A stretch of DNA of 38,908 bases, from NCBI GenBank assembly GCA_003535955.1, contig DPZM01000024.1, positions 1 to 38,908 on the forward strand, read 5' to 3'. Positions 29,436-38,509 of this stretch are shown here, piece by piece. Both the position numbers and the translations under genes were made by a program. This stretch comes from Lachnospiraceae bacterium (GTDB lineage Bacteria > Bacillota > Clostridia > Lachnospirales > Lachnospiraceae). Each line of letters starts with the position of its first letter. Position 1 is the stretch's first letter. The notes beneath the pieces were generated by a model. That model was not told the origin of the DNA. It saw only the letters and a list, made by a program, of their open reading frames with translations, and ran no database searches.

Positions 29436-29792
29436 ATGAAGGGCTATATTAAAACCAAGGTTGGAAGTGTCAGTATAGATACTGAAGTTATTGCCCAGTA
29501 TGCCGGATCCGTTGCGGTTGAATGCTTCGGTATAGTAGGCATGGCCGCAGTCAACATGACTGATGGTATTGTGAAGCTTCTTAAGAAGGAGAAGATCACG
29601 AGGGGGATAAACGTGACTCTTAAGGATAATCAGCTCACGCTTGATTTTCATGTAATAGTTGCATACGGGGTAAGTATAAAGACCGTATGTGATAACCTTA
29701 TCAGCAGCGTAAAATATAAGGTTGAGGAATTCACGGGACTGAATATTGAAAAGATAAACATCTTTGTTGAAGGTGTCAGGGTTATAGATTGA
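29436..29792 (+). CDS. Asp23/Gls24 family envelope stress protein
   Basis: 118 aa, VIAQYAGSVAVECFGIVGM and typical Asp23 fold pattern. SD AAAGGAGGGG. Standard asp23-DAK2-recG arrangement. Confidence 0.85.
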   Translation: MKGYIKTKVGSVSIDTEVIAQYAGSVAVECFGIVGMAAVNMTDGIVKLLKKEKITRGINVTLKDNQLTLDFHVIVAYGVSIKTVCDNLISSVKYKVEEFTGLNIEKINIFVEGVRVID

Positions 29793-29808
29793 CAGGAGGA
29801 TCATTAAA

Positions 29809-31566
29809 TTGAGTTCGAACAAAATTGACGCAAAAACACTTTCAAAGATGTTTTTGACAGGTGCCAAGGCTCTGGAGGCCAAGAAAGGATGGATAAACGA
29901 GCTTAACGTATTCCCCGTACCTGATGGGGATACGGGTACAAATATGACAATGACGATAATGACAGCCGCAAAGGAAGTTGCTTCCATGGGACTTATCGAG
30001 ATGGAACCCCTTTGCAAGGCGATATCTTCAGGATCTCTCCGTGGGGCAAGGGGTAATTCCGGTGTTATTCTCTCGCAGCTCCTCAGGGGATTTACTAAGG
30101 CCATAAAGGACAAAGAGGAAGTAGATATCCCGGTTCTTGCCAGCGCCTGCAACAAGGCTGTTGAGACAGCATATAAGGCAGTAATGAAGCCCAAGGAAGG
30201 TACCATACTGACTGTTGCAAGGGGAGTGTCTGAGAAGGCAACCGAAATATGCAACCAGACAGAAGATATAGGTGAATTCATAAGGATACTGGTTGACACA
30301 GCCGAGGAAGTGCTTAAGAAGACACCTGACATGCTCCCGGTTTTAAAACAGGCAGGTGTGGTTGATTCCGGAGGTCAGGGACTTGTTGAGATCCTTAAAG
30401 GTGCTTATCAGGCATATCTGGGCAATGAAGTCACCTTTACTGTTGATGAAGATGCAATGCCGGGTATTACCAGCGAAAAGAGCTTTGAGGTCCAGGCTAA
30501 TTTTGAGATAGAATTCGGTTACTGTACCGAATTCATAATCATGCTTGATAAGGTTTTCAACGCTAAGAATGAACAGGATTTCAAGAACTTTCTGGAGTCA
30601 ATAGGTGATTCGATCGTATGTGTTGCCGATGAGGATTACTGCAAAGTTCATGTTCATACAAACGATCCCGGTCTTGCCATACAGAAGGCCCTCACATTCG
30701 GATCCCTTACAAGGATCAAAATAGATAATATGAGAGAGGAACACCAGGAGAAGCTCTTCAAGATAGGCGCTAAAAAGAGCAATGGTTCCGTGGCCTATGA
30801 AGAGATAAAGGACCGGGATGTTCCCGAGGTTTCCGAAAATGCCGGAGACGAAGAGAAGGTTGATGAACCTTTGCATCAGGCCGGTGGAGTTACCGAAGAG
30901 ATACGAAAGGATATCGGCTTCATCTCGGTTTCCATGGGCGAAGGGCTTGACAAGATATTCAAGGGTCTGGGTGTTGACAAGATCATTTCCGGAGGCCAGA
31001 CAATGAACCCGTCTACCGAGGATATGCTTAAGGCCGTCAGGGAGATAAATGCTGACAATATATTTATCCTTCCCAATAACAAAAACATAATCATGGCTGC
31101 CAACCAGGTTCAATATATGGTTGATGATAAGAAGATATACGTAATACCCACAAGGACAGTACCACAGGGTATCACAGCTCTTATCAATTACACTATCGGT
31201 GACAGTGCGGAAAGCAATGATAAGGTTATGAAGGAAGCAATTGCCGATGTTAAGACCGGCCAGGTGACATATGCTGTAAGGGACACCGTGGTAAATGACA
31301 GGGAAATAAAGCAGGGCAACATCATGGGGATCGGAGACAGGGACATCCTGGCAATCGGTGATGACATCAATGAAACCTCCATAGAGATGCTTAAGAATAT
31401 GGTTGATGATAACTCCGAGCTTATAAGCATTTATTACGGCAAGGATACCGATGAGCAGTATGCGGCTGATTACTGCAAGAAGGTAGAGGGGATGTTCCCC
31501 CAGTGTGATGTAGAGATGCATTTCGGAGGCCAACCGATATATTATTATGTGGTTTCTGTTGAATAG
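29809..31566 (+). CDS. DAK2 domain-containing protein (YloV-like)
   Basis: PDGDTGTNM and RGNSGVILSQ Dak2 motifs. TTG start 7 nt after AGGAGGA. Confidence 0.85.
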   Translation: MSSNKIDAKTLSKMFLTGAKALEAKKGWINELNVFPVPDGDTGTNMTMTIMTAAKEVASMGLIEMEPLCKAISSGSLRGARGNSGVILSQLLRGFTKAIKDKEEVDIPVLASACNKAVETAYKAVMKPKEGTILTVARGVSEKATEICNQTEDIGEFIRILVDTAEEVLKKTPDMLPVLKQAGVVDSGGQGLVEILKGAYQAYLGNEVTFTVDEDAMPGITSEKSFEVQANFEIEFGYCTEFIIMLDKVFNAKNEQDFKNFLESIGDSIVCVADEDYCKVHVHTNDPGLAIQKALTFGSLTRIKIDNMREEHQEKLFKIGAKKSNGSVAYEEIKDRDVPEVSENAGDEEKVDEPLHQAGGVTEEIRKDIGFISVSMGEGLDKIFKGLGVDKIISGGQTMNPSTEDMLKAVREINADNIFILPNNKNIIMAANQVQYMVDDKKIYVIPTRTVPQGITALINYTIGDSAESNDKVMKEAIADVKTGQVTYAVRDTVVNDREIKQGNIMGIGDRDILAIGDDINETSIEMLKNMVDDNSELISIYYGKDTDEQYAADYCKKVEGMFPQCDVEMHFGGQPIYYYVVSVE

Positions 31567-31575
31567 AATATAAAA

Positions 31576-33609
31576 ATGAATAAAAATACAGACATTAAGA
31601 ATCTTAAGGGCATAGGCGAAAAGACAGAAGCTTTATATCACAAGGTCGGCATATATACATATGGCGACCTTGTATATTATTACCCAAGGGATTATATACA
31701 ATACAATTCTCCCGTTCCCGCAGGAGAAGACATGGCAGGAAAGTTCGTTTTTGCAGATGTCAGGGTAGAAAGCCGGCCACTGCTCCGAAGGGCGGGGAAA
31801 ATGGCTGTCGTAACATGCAGGGTCAGGTCGGGAAACATACTGATCAATGCAGTATGGTTCCATATGCCATATATCACCAAAACACTGCTAAAGGGCGGCA
31901 CTTATGTTTTCGCAGGCACATTAAAAGAGTCAGGCGTTTCCTATTCCATGGACCAGCCCCTTGTCTTTACCCCCGCTCAGTATGATGAGATAAAAGATAC
32001 ACTGCAGCCCATATATCCTCTGACAAAAGGCCTTTCCAACAACTCCGTAAGAAAGTCCATAAAACAGGTTCTTAGGCTTATCGATGATAAGTCTATGGCA
32101 GATGGCATGTCTGAGAAAGAGGCTTTAAATACGATACATTTTCCAAAGGATCCGGAATCTCTTAAGAAAGCAAGAGAGGCTCTTGTTTTTGAGGAATTCC
32201 TTCTGTTTATATTACGTCTTAAGCTTCTCAAAGCCGAAAACATTAAGGCTGAGAATGACTTTGAAATTCATAAAAGAGAAGAAACAGATAAGCTTATAAG
32301 CAATCTACCCTACGAACTCACACAGGCACAGCTTCGTACTTTTAAAGAAGTGGAGAACGATCTGACCCGTAAAACCTCAATGAGCAGGCTCATACAGGGG
32401 GATGTCGGGAGCGGAAAGACCATAATCGCTTTTCTCGCGTGCATAACGGTGGCCCTTAACGGGTATCAGTCTGTAATAATGGTACCTACCGAGATACTTG
32501 CCGGGCAGCATATGGATTCATTTGCAAGACTTGCGGAATCAAACGGACTCATGATCCCCGCATGCCTGCTTACGGGTTCCATGACACAGGCTCAGAAACG
32601 GAAGGCCTATGAGAGGATAGAGAGAGGAGAGGTTAAGCTTATCATCGGTACTCATGCTGTGTTTCAGGAGAAGGTCATTTATAACGATCTGGCTCTTGTG
32701 GTCACGGATGAGCAGCACAGGTTCGGTGTAAGACAGAGGGAGACATTGACGGCTAAGGGTAATAAATGCATGCCCCATGTGCTTGTAATGAGCGCGACGC
32801 CGATACCCAGGACCCTGGCTATAATGCTATACGGTGATCTTGACATATCCGTAATAGATGAGCTGCCTGCAAGAAGGCTTCCGATAAAGAACTGCGTTGT
32901 CGGGACAGGTTACAGAAAGAAGGCATACGAATTCATTGAAGGAGAAGTCAGAAAGGGTCATCAGGCATATGTTATCTGTCCGATGGTAGAAGAGAGTGAA
33001 GGTACGGACCTTAAGGATGTTGTCAATTATTCCGACGAGATAAGGGCCGGGATGAGTGAAGACATAAGGATAGAATACCTCCATGGGAAGATGAAGGCGG
33101 CTAAAAAGGACGAGATAATGAAGAAGTTTCTGAATAAGAATATTGATGTCCTTGTTTCCACGACTGTAATAGAAGTAGGTGTAAATGTTCCCAATGCAAC
33201 GGTTATGATGATAGAGAATTCCGAGAGGTTCGGTCTTGCGCAGCTTCATCAGCTCAGGGGCCGGATAGGAAGAGGGGACGCCCAGTCCTACTGCATCTTT
33301 ATAGACTGCAATGAATCCGAAAAAAGCAGGGAAAGGCTTGATATACTTAATAAGTCCAATGATGGTTTCTTTATCGCAGGTGAAGATCTTAAGCTGCGCG
33401 GGCCCGGTGATCTCTTCGGTATAAGACAGAGCGGTGAGATGCAGTTTAAGCTTGCGGATATATACAGTGATTCAGAGGTACTTATCAGGGCATCAAGGAA
33501 GGCAGATGAGATGCTCAAGGTCGATCCCCGCCTTGAGTCGGCCGGGAATCGGCAAATAAGGGAACGTCTTTGTGAACTTGCGGACACCTCATCCCTTTAT
33601 TCCTTGTGA
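31576..33609 (+). CDS. recG: ATP-dependent DNA helicase RecG
   Basis: Wedge domain N-terminus, Walker A GDVGSGKT, DEQH box VTDEQHRFGV, QLHQLRGRIGRG, TRG-like region. Confidence 0.95.
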   Translation: MNKNTDIKNLKGIGEKTEALYHKVGIYTYGDLVYYYPRDYIQYNSPVPAGEDMAGKFVFADVRVESRPLLRRAGKMAVVTCRVRSGNILINAVWFHMPYITKTLLKGGTYVFAGTLKESGVSYSMDQPLVFTPAQYDEIKDTLQPIYPLTKGLSNNSVRKSIKQVLRLIDDKSMADGMSEKEALNTIHFPKDPESLKKAREALVFEEFLLFILRLKLLKAENIKAENDFEIHKREETDKLISNLPYELTQAQLRTFKEVENDLTRKTSMSRLIQGDVGSGKTIIAFLACITVALNGYQSVIMVPTEILAGQHMDSFARLAESNGLMIPACLLTGSMTQAQKRKAYERIERGEVKLIIGTHAVFQEKVIYNDLALVVTDEQHRFGVRQRETLTAKGNKCMPHVLVMSATPIPRTLAIMLYGDLDISVIDELPARRLPIKNCVVGTGYRKKAYEFIEGEVRKGHQAYVICPMVEESEGTDLKDVVNYSDEIRAGMSEDIRIEYLHGKMKAAKKDEIMKKFLNKNIDVLVSTTVIEVGVNVPNATVMMIENSERFGLAQLHQLRGRIGRGDAQSYCIFIDCNESEKSRERLDILNKSNDGFFIAGEDLKLRGPGDLFGIRQSGEMQFKLADIYSDSEVLIRASRKADEMLKVDPRLESAGNRQIRERLCELADTSSLYSL

Positions 33610-34070
33610 AAAACAGCAGATTGTTTCGGATACATAAAACTGCGGGAAGCCTCCAACGGAGTGTTCATTTTCTTGAATAACTCCACCTGCTTTTTAAGAC
33701 AATTACATACAGTCCATTGGCCATGACGCTTATGAGCTTTGACCATACGTGCTTCAAGCAGACACGTGGTTACACTTTTTCCATCAAGCTCTGCTGCGGC
33801 TGCTTCAACTTCCTGATGTATAAGAGCTGCTACAAGCATGATGAATGCAAGCCCCTGCGTTTTGTAATAATCCTCTACATAAAGAGAATTATATCCGGCC
33901 TTGTTTTTGAAATAGTTGTAGAAGGTTTCGATAGTCCAGCGCTTCTTGTATAACTCATAAACCTCTTGAGGAGTTTTATCTTCGAGACAGGTCTGAAGCA
34001 CCGTGACACCCATATAGTACTTTGCTTTCTCGAAGCCTTCGCGTGTGTATGATTTATCACCGCGCTGCAT
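33597..34070 (-). mobile_element. IS remnant: 3' fragment of an IS4/IS1634-like DDE transposase gene (N-terminal catalytic part missing)
   Basis: 157-aa ORF with the YELYKKRWTIETFYNYFKN motif (the Y-x2-R-x3-E block that carries the last DDE Glu in IS4-type enzymes). No upstream continuation. Overlaps the recG stop convergently by 13 nt. Confidence 0.7.
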
Positions 34071-34646
34071 ATGTCGCAGGTGCCTACCGTGATCAGGCAG
34101 GGGCTGATATAGCCATCGTAAACAGCGGCGGCATCCGTGCCGGCATAGAAAAAGGTGATGTCACGTATGGAAATATCCTGAAGGTGCATCCCTATGGGAA
34201 TATGCTCTGCGTACTGGAAGTATCCTGACAGCAGATATTGGATACCCTGGAGTGGGGATGCAGATCCCTTCCGACGGAGAATGGCGCATTTCCACAGGTT
34301 TCGGGGATCAGCTTTGATATAGACGTCAGCATTGATAATCCATGCCGGGAAGACGAAAACGCGATGTTCGCAGGAATCAAGGGTAAACGCAGGGTACAGA
34401 ATGTCATGGTAGGAGATGAACCGTTGGATCCGAAGAAGGCTTATACTCTGGCGGGAAATAATTATATGCTCCAGGAGCATGGAGACGGATACACGATGTT
34501 TGATGATTCTCCGCTTCTGCAGGATAGCATCAAGCTCGACAACCAGGTGCTGATCGACTATAATAGTAGATACTCTGGGAGGCGTGATCGGGGAAAAATA
34601 CAATGATCTCTACGGACAGGGGCGGATCCGGATCATAGGTGAATGA
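34071..34646 (+). pseudogene. 5'-nucleotidase C-terminal domain remnant (5'-truncated, one in-frame TGA, one frameshift)
   Basis: ADIAIVNSGGIRAGIEKGDVTYGNILKVHPYGN, EVS*QQILDTLEWG (TGA at 34226-34228). PQVSGISF, TLAGNNYMLQEHGDGYTMF. The frame switches near 34558-34570 to TLGGVIGEKYNDLYGQGRIRIIGE* (stop 34644-34646). The 5' boundary is approximate. Confidence 0.75.
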
Positions 34647-34733
34647 TCGTCAGAACGCTCACGGATTATGCTTTGTCAATGAAGAACAGGAAGGAGTATT
34701 TCTGTTAAAGATGTTGGAGACAGATGGTGTACT

Positions 34734-37430
34734 ATGAACACGAATGAGCGCAGCCTACATTTATATGATCTTATCATAAACAGCGCACCGCTGAACTTTC
34801 TTGAGGACGAGAGCGGGGACGCGATAAAAGCAGTATTTGATAAAGAACCCGGGATATCCGGCCTTCTGTCTGACGGCTTTATCAATGATATGAAGCGGGC
34901 CTTAAGAAAACGTATGGCGGACGTATTTCTGAGATCTACGAGCGATGTCCTTGTCAGGCAGATGCGGATAATAGATCCGGTCGGTGCGGCAGATCCTTTA
35001 AAGGCTGATGACGATATAGTCTATCAGGCCATGGAGAAAACGGAAGGGATCATCGGGTGCGACGGCAGCTATTATTACGGGAAATATCCTTTTATCCGCG
35101 AATTTACGGATATCATGCGAACAAACTTTACAGACAGCCTCGTCAGGTTTCTGAATGATTTTCTTACGGCAAAGTCCTCTGTTGAGACGCAGCTTTTCGG
35201 AGGCAGTGAGATAACCCGGCTCGAAGGTCTTCTGGGGCAGGGAGGAGATTACCACCGTCACGGGAGGTCGGTTTTCGGCGTAAAGACCAATGCAGGGAAT
35301 TTCTATTACAAGCCCCATGACGGCCGGCTGGATGTGCTGTATCACACCCTGATAGATGAATTCTTTTCCGATTGTACCGTGGCGGCTGACTGCGTTACGG
35401 GGAGGGATTACGGATTTGTAAACGAGCTTGTCACCGCGCCGCTTAAGGGCAGGGAGGAGCTTCCTCTATACTATGCCAACTTCGGAAGGCTGACAGCATT
35501 ATTTCACGGCATAGGGGCAATCGATATGCACCTTGGAAATATCATTCCGAGCGGCATAAAGCCCTGTGCCGTTGATCTGGAAACCATGTTCAGGCCCGAG
35601 GCCGGAAAGCTGACGAGGAATGGAGCCGCATCGAAGGCTGTCCCCATAAGGAACAGCAGAAATGTCATTAGAACGGGGGTTTTGCCCGCTTGTAACCGCG
35701 TCATCGGAATGTTTTCCCCCTTGCACAGGTCGAAGTGGTTTCAGGAAGATCATCTGCCTGAGTGCGGCGGTGAGCTTTTTACGGTTGAGGGCTTTGAAAA
35801 GGATTTTTTATGCGGCTTTGAGGAGGGGTATGAGCGTGTCCTTAAAAACAGGGACAGGATCAGGGAATTGTTCCGTTCCTCAAACGAATGTGAACTTCGT
35901 TTTCTCCTTAGGAATACGGAGTACTATAACCGCTTGCGGCAGTATTTATGGACGCCGAAGGCATTGAGCGACAGAAAGGAGCAGCGGCGGATCTTAGACC
36001 GTCTCCGCGTTCCCTTTACCAAAGTAAATATCGATGTGAACGAGGACATAGTAAGATATGAGGAGAAATGCCTGCTGGAGGGAGATATCCCCTATTACTG
36101 CACCGCCCTTGACGGCAGAGATCTTTGTGGCTGCTCTGTTAAGGAGGTCATCGCATACGGCTTCATGGAAAAAAGCGCAAGGGAAATGACCTTTGAGAAT
36201 CTTTCAGGGCTTTGCGATGAGGAAAAGCTTTATGAATGCGATGTCATACGAAACGCGTTCAGAAACGCGCCGAAAGATACCCTTCATGAAGCCCCGGGAA
36301 CAAAGCTGCGCCTTTGTGAGGATAAAGACGGACTCTGCGGGAGTATAAGGAGCCTGATCCCTGAGATCTGCGACCATATTTTGGAGAGTCAGATCCGAAG
36401 ACCGGGAGGGAAGGTCATGTTTTTCCCCTATACACCGCACCTTGAGGGGAAGATAGCCTGCACCGACGCGATCTATCCCGCTGAAATGGCAGGGATACTG
36501 CATTTGGCGTATAGCCACGGCTTTTTGACCGATCAGGATATCCTCGCTAAAGCGTTATCCGCTGTCAGGGACCAGATAGAACGCTGGCAGACGGAGGATG
36601 AGGTTTACCTGCGCGCGGAGACAGACCTTGGTTTTTGCGAAGGGATAGCGGCGATCATCACGGCATTGGACGGTATTCCCGCGGCAGATGACATTTATGC
36701 GCAATTACTGAACCTTGTCGCAGAAAAACGGCTGTATCTGATTGAAAAAAAGGAACAGACGAGGAAGCTTTCGGAGCTTATGATCGCCATAGGCAGGGCT
36801 AAAACGGCATATTCAAAAAAAACGGACCTGCTCCGAAGCTGCGCGGACTCCCTGAACGCCTGCTTTGATGCCGGAGACAGTGACGCAATGGGACTTGCGG
36901 CGGCAGGAGCGGCTTTTGCGATCTCCTGCGGCTTGTTTAAGGAAGAAAAATATAAGGAATATGCAGAGAATTCGTTTGAGCGCGTCAATTCATTATTTAA
37001 CGAAAAAATATGCGGCTGGCCGAAGGGCGGCGAGACCTTTAAATGGATGCCGAAGCGCTCGGAGTATTCACCGTATATAGGGCTTTGCGCCTGCCTGGCG
37101 GCTGATGTGAGTGAGCATGCAGGGCAGACGGCGGAGCTTTCGGTAAAAAGTGTTTTGAACGAGAGTGAACTCAGGTATTGTGACAGCTTATACCACGGGA
37201 ATGCGCTGACGGTTAAATTCCTGGCAAGCGCGGCAGGCGTGCTTGACCGCCCGGACATAATGGAGCATGCAGGAAATATTGCTTTTACAATGATGGACCG
37301 GAAAAACGAAAACGGCGCGTTTCACACAAGCCCTGCAGGCATACGGGATTTCTTTGACGCATCCTCTGTTTTCGGAGTGCCCGGTATCGGCGCAACGCTT
37401 TTACAGAGCATTACAGCTATTGGATGCTGA
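34734..37430 (+). CDS. LanM-type class II lanthipeptide synthetase-like protein (dehydratase domain plus LanC-like domain with degenerate motifs)
   Basis: 898 aa. DUF4135-type blocks GDYHRHGRSVFGVKTNAGNFYYKPHDGRLDVLY and IDMHLGNIIPSGIKPCAVDLETMF. C-terminal alpha-toroid-like repeats (AGILHLA, GFCEGIAAI, GLAAAGAAF, GLCACLAA, LYHGNAL, GVPGIGATLL). Confidence 0.8.
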   Translation: MNTNERSLHLYDLIINSAPLNFLEDESGDAIKAVFDKEPGISGLLSDGFINDMKRALRKRMADVFLRSTSDVLVRQMRIIDPVGAADPLKADDDIVYQAMEKTEGIIGCDGSYYYGKYPFIREFTDIMRTNFTDSLVRFLNDFLTAKSSVETQLFGGSEITRLEGLLGQGGDYHRHGRSVFGVKTNAGNFYYKPHDGRLDVLYHTLIDEFFSDCTVAADCVTGRDYGFVNELVTAPLKGREELPLYYANFGRLTALFHGIGAIDMHLGNIIPSGIKPCAVDLETMFRPEAGKLTRNGAASKAVPIRNSRNVIRTGVLPACNRVIGMFSPLHRSKWFQEDHLPECGGELFTVEGFEKDFLCGFEEGYERVLKNRDRIRELFRSSNECELRFLLRNTEYYNRLRQYLWTPKALSDRKEQRRILDRLRVPFTKVNIDVNEDIVRYEEKCLLEGDIPYYCTALDGRDLCGCSVKEVIAYGFMEKSAREMTFENLSGLCDEEKLYECDVIRNAFRNAPKDTLHEAPGTKLRLCEDKDGLCGSIRSLIPEICDHILESQIRRPGGKVMFFPYTPHLEGKIACTDAIYPAEMAGILHLAYSHGFLTDQDILAKALSAVRDQIERWQTEDEVYLRAETDLGFCEGIAAIITALDGIPAADDIYAQLLNLVAEKRLYLIEKKEQTRKLSELMIAIGRAKTAYSKKTDLLRSCADSLNACFDAGDSDAMGLAAAGAAFAISCGLFKEEKYKEYAENSFERVNSLFNEKICGWPKGGETFKWMPKRSEYSPYIGLCACLAADVSEHAGQTAELSVKSVLNESELRYCDSLYHGNALTVKFLASAAGVLDRPDIMEHAGNIAFTMMDRKNENGAFHTSPAGIRDFFDASSVFGVPGIGATLLQSITAIGC

Positions 37431-37467
37431 ATACATATATAACTAAATGATGAAAGGAGAAATGAAC

Positions 37468-37578
37468 ATGAACGAGAACATAAGGAAATTTATCGAGAAG
37501 GTGGCGGCGGACGAAGAGCTGCAGGCTAAGATGAAGTCCTTCACCGATATGGATGAGGCCTATGCGTTTGCGAGCTGA
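37468..37578 (+). CDS. Nif11-like leader peptide fragment (36 aa, no double-Gly site, no core)
   Basis: MNENIRKFIEKVAADEELQAKMKSFTDMDEAYAFAS*. AGGAG 8 nt upstream. By my hand alignment 84 of 108 nt are identical to 38506-38613. Its TGA (37576-37578) is 1 nt from the methyltransferase ATG. Confidence 0.5.
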   Translation: MNENIRKFIEKVAADEELQAKMKSFTDMDEAYAFAS

Positions 37579-37579
37579 T

Positions 37580-38509
37580 ATGGCAGAAAGTAAAAAATGG
37601 TCGGTCTATTTTCAAAACCCGGAATTCCTGGAGCGGACACGGTTATTTATGATCCACCCGGATATGTTTCCCCTTGTACGCAGGTGGTGCGGGATAAAGG
37701 ACGGTGTCAGGCTCCTTGACGTCGGATGCGGCACGGGATATTTTACAAGGCTTCTGTCATCGGGAGGGGAGATGGTTACCGCTTCGGGAATTGACCTTGA
37801 GGAGCCCTTTATTGAGTATGCAAAAAAAGAGGCTGCGGAGCAGGGGCTTCCCATTGAATTTATCGTTGGCGACGCTCTTTCCCTTCCCTTTGAGGATAAT
37901 ACCTTCGATGCAGTCGTAAGCCACACCTTTTTCACAAGCATTCCCGATCCTGAAAGGGCAATGGCGGAAATGATCCGTGTAATAAAGCCCGGAGGCATCA
38001 TATCCTCCGTAACGCCCATGTCCTTTGCCCCTGAATGCACCACAGGCGGAGAGTGGGGAGCGGAAAAAGACTGGATCAAGGAATTCAATATCCTTTTTGC
38101 AAGGATTTACGGGGCTTACTTTGTCATTGATTCGCTCAGAAGCCGCCTGGGCGGCTTGAAGCCGAAGGCTGTGCCGGGATTTTTTTCAAAGCACGGGCTT
38201 AAAAATGTCAGTGCCTATTCCATAGGAAAGATATTTGCGCTTTCAAGCCGGGCAGTTTCTGATGAAGATAAGTTGCGCTACATAAGGCTTTATCAGGAAT
38301 CTGAGGATAAAAAGCTGAAGGTATATGAAGAGCTTCCCGAAATGAGGGAAAAGGTCACGGAGGAGGACAGGAAGCGTTTCAGAGAACTGTTGGACAGGAA
38401 ATGTGAATGGCTGAAGGAGCATATTCATGACAATGACACATGGGAGTGGCAGGGCGGAGCAAATCTGCTTGTCACGGGGGTGTGTGAGAAGAAAGGAGAA
38501 AAATTATGA
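37580..38509 (+). CDS. class I SAM-dependent methyltransferase
   Basis: Motif I LLDVGCGTGYFTRLL, acidic loop GIDLEE, FDAVVSHTFF, IKPGGII. ATG 37580 preferred over listed 37553, which overlaps the leader-like ORF. Confidence 0.85.
   Translation: MAESKKWSVYFQNPEFLERTRLFMIHPDMFPLVRRWCGIKDGVRLLDVGCGTGYFTRLLSSGGEMVTASGIDLEEPFIEYAKKEAAEQGLPIEFIVGDALSLPFEDNTFDAVVSHTFFTSIPDPERAMAEMIRVIKPGGIISSVTPMSFAPECTTGGEWGAEKDWIKEFNILFARIYGAYFVIDSLRSRLGGLKPKAVPGFFSKHGLKNVSAYSIGKIFALSSRAVSDEDKLRYIRLYQESEDKKLKVYEELPEMREKVTEEDRKRFRELLDRKCEWLKEHIHDNDTWEWQGGANLLVTGVCEKKGEKL

Noticed and set aside
29400-31533. Two long minus-strand ORFs (29400..30332, 310 aa; 30598..31533, 311 aa)
   Set aside because: Both lie fully antisense to the well-supported Asp23 and DAK2 genes. 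Their translations are low-complexity (Ser/Ile/Leu-rich) with no motifs or SD, so they are shadow ORFs.
33875-34603. 242-aa minus-strand ORF across the IS/nucleotidase junction
   Set aside because: It is antisense to the recognisable 5'-nucleotidase remnant and in a different frame from the transposase fragment. It has no motifs and spans a junction of unrelated sequences.
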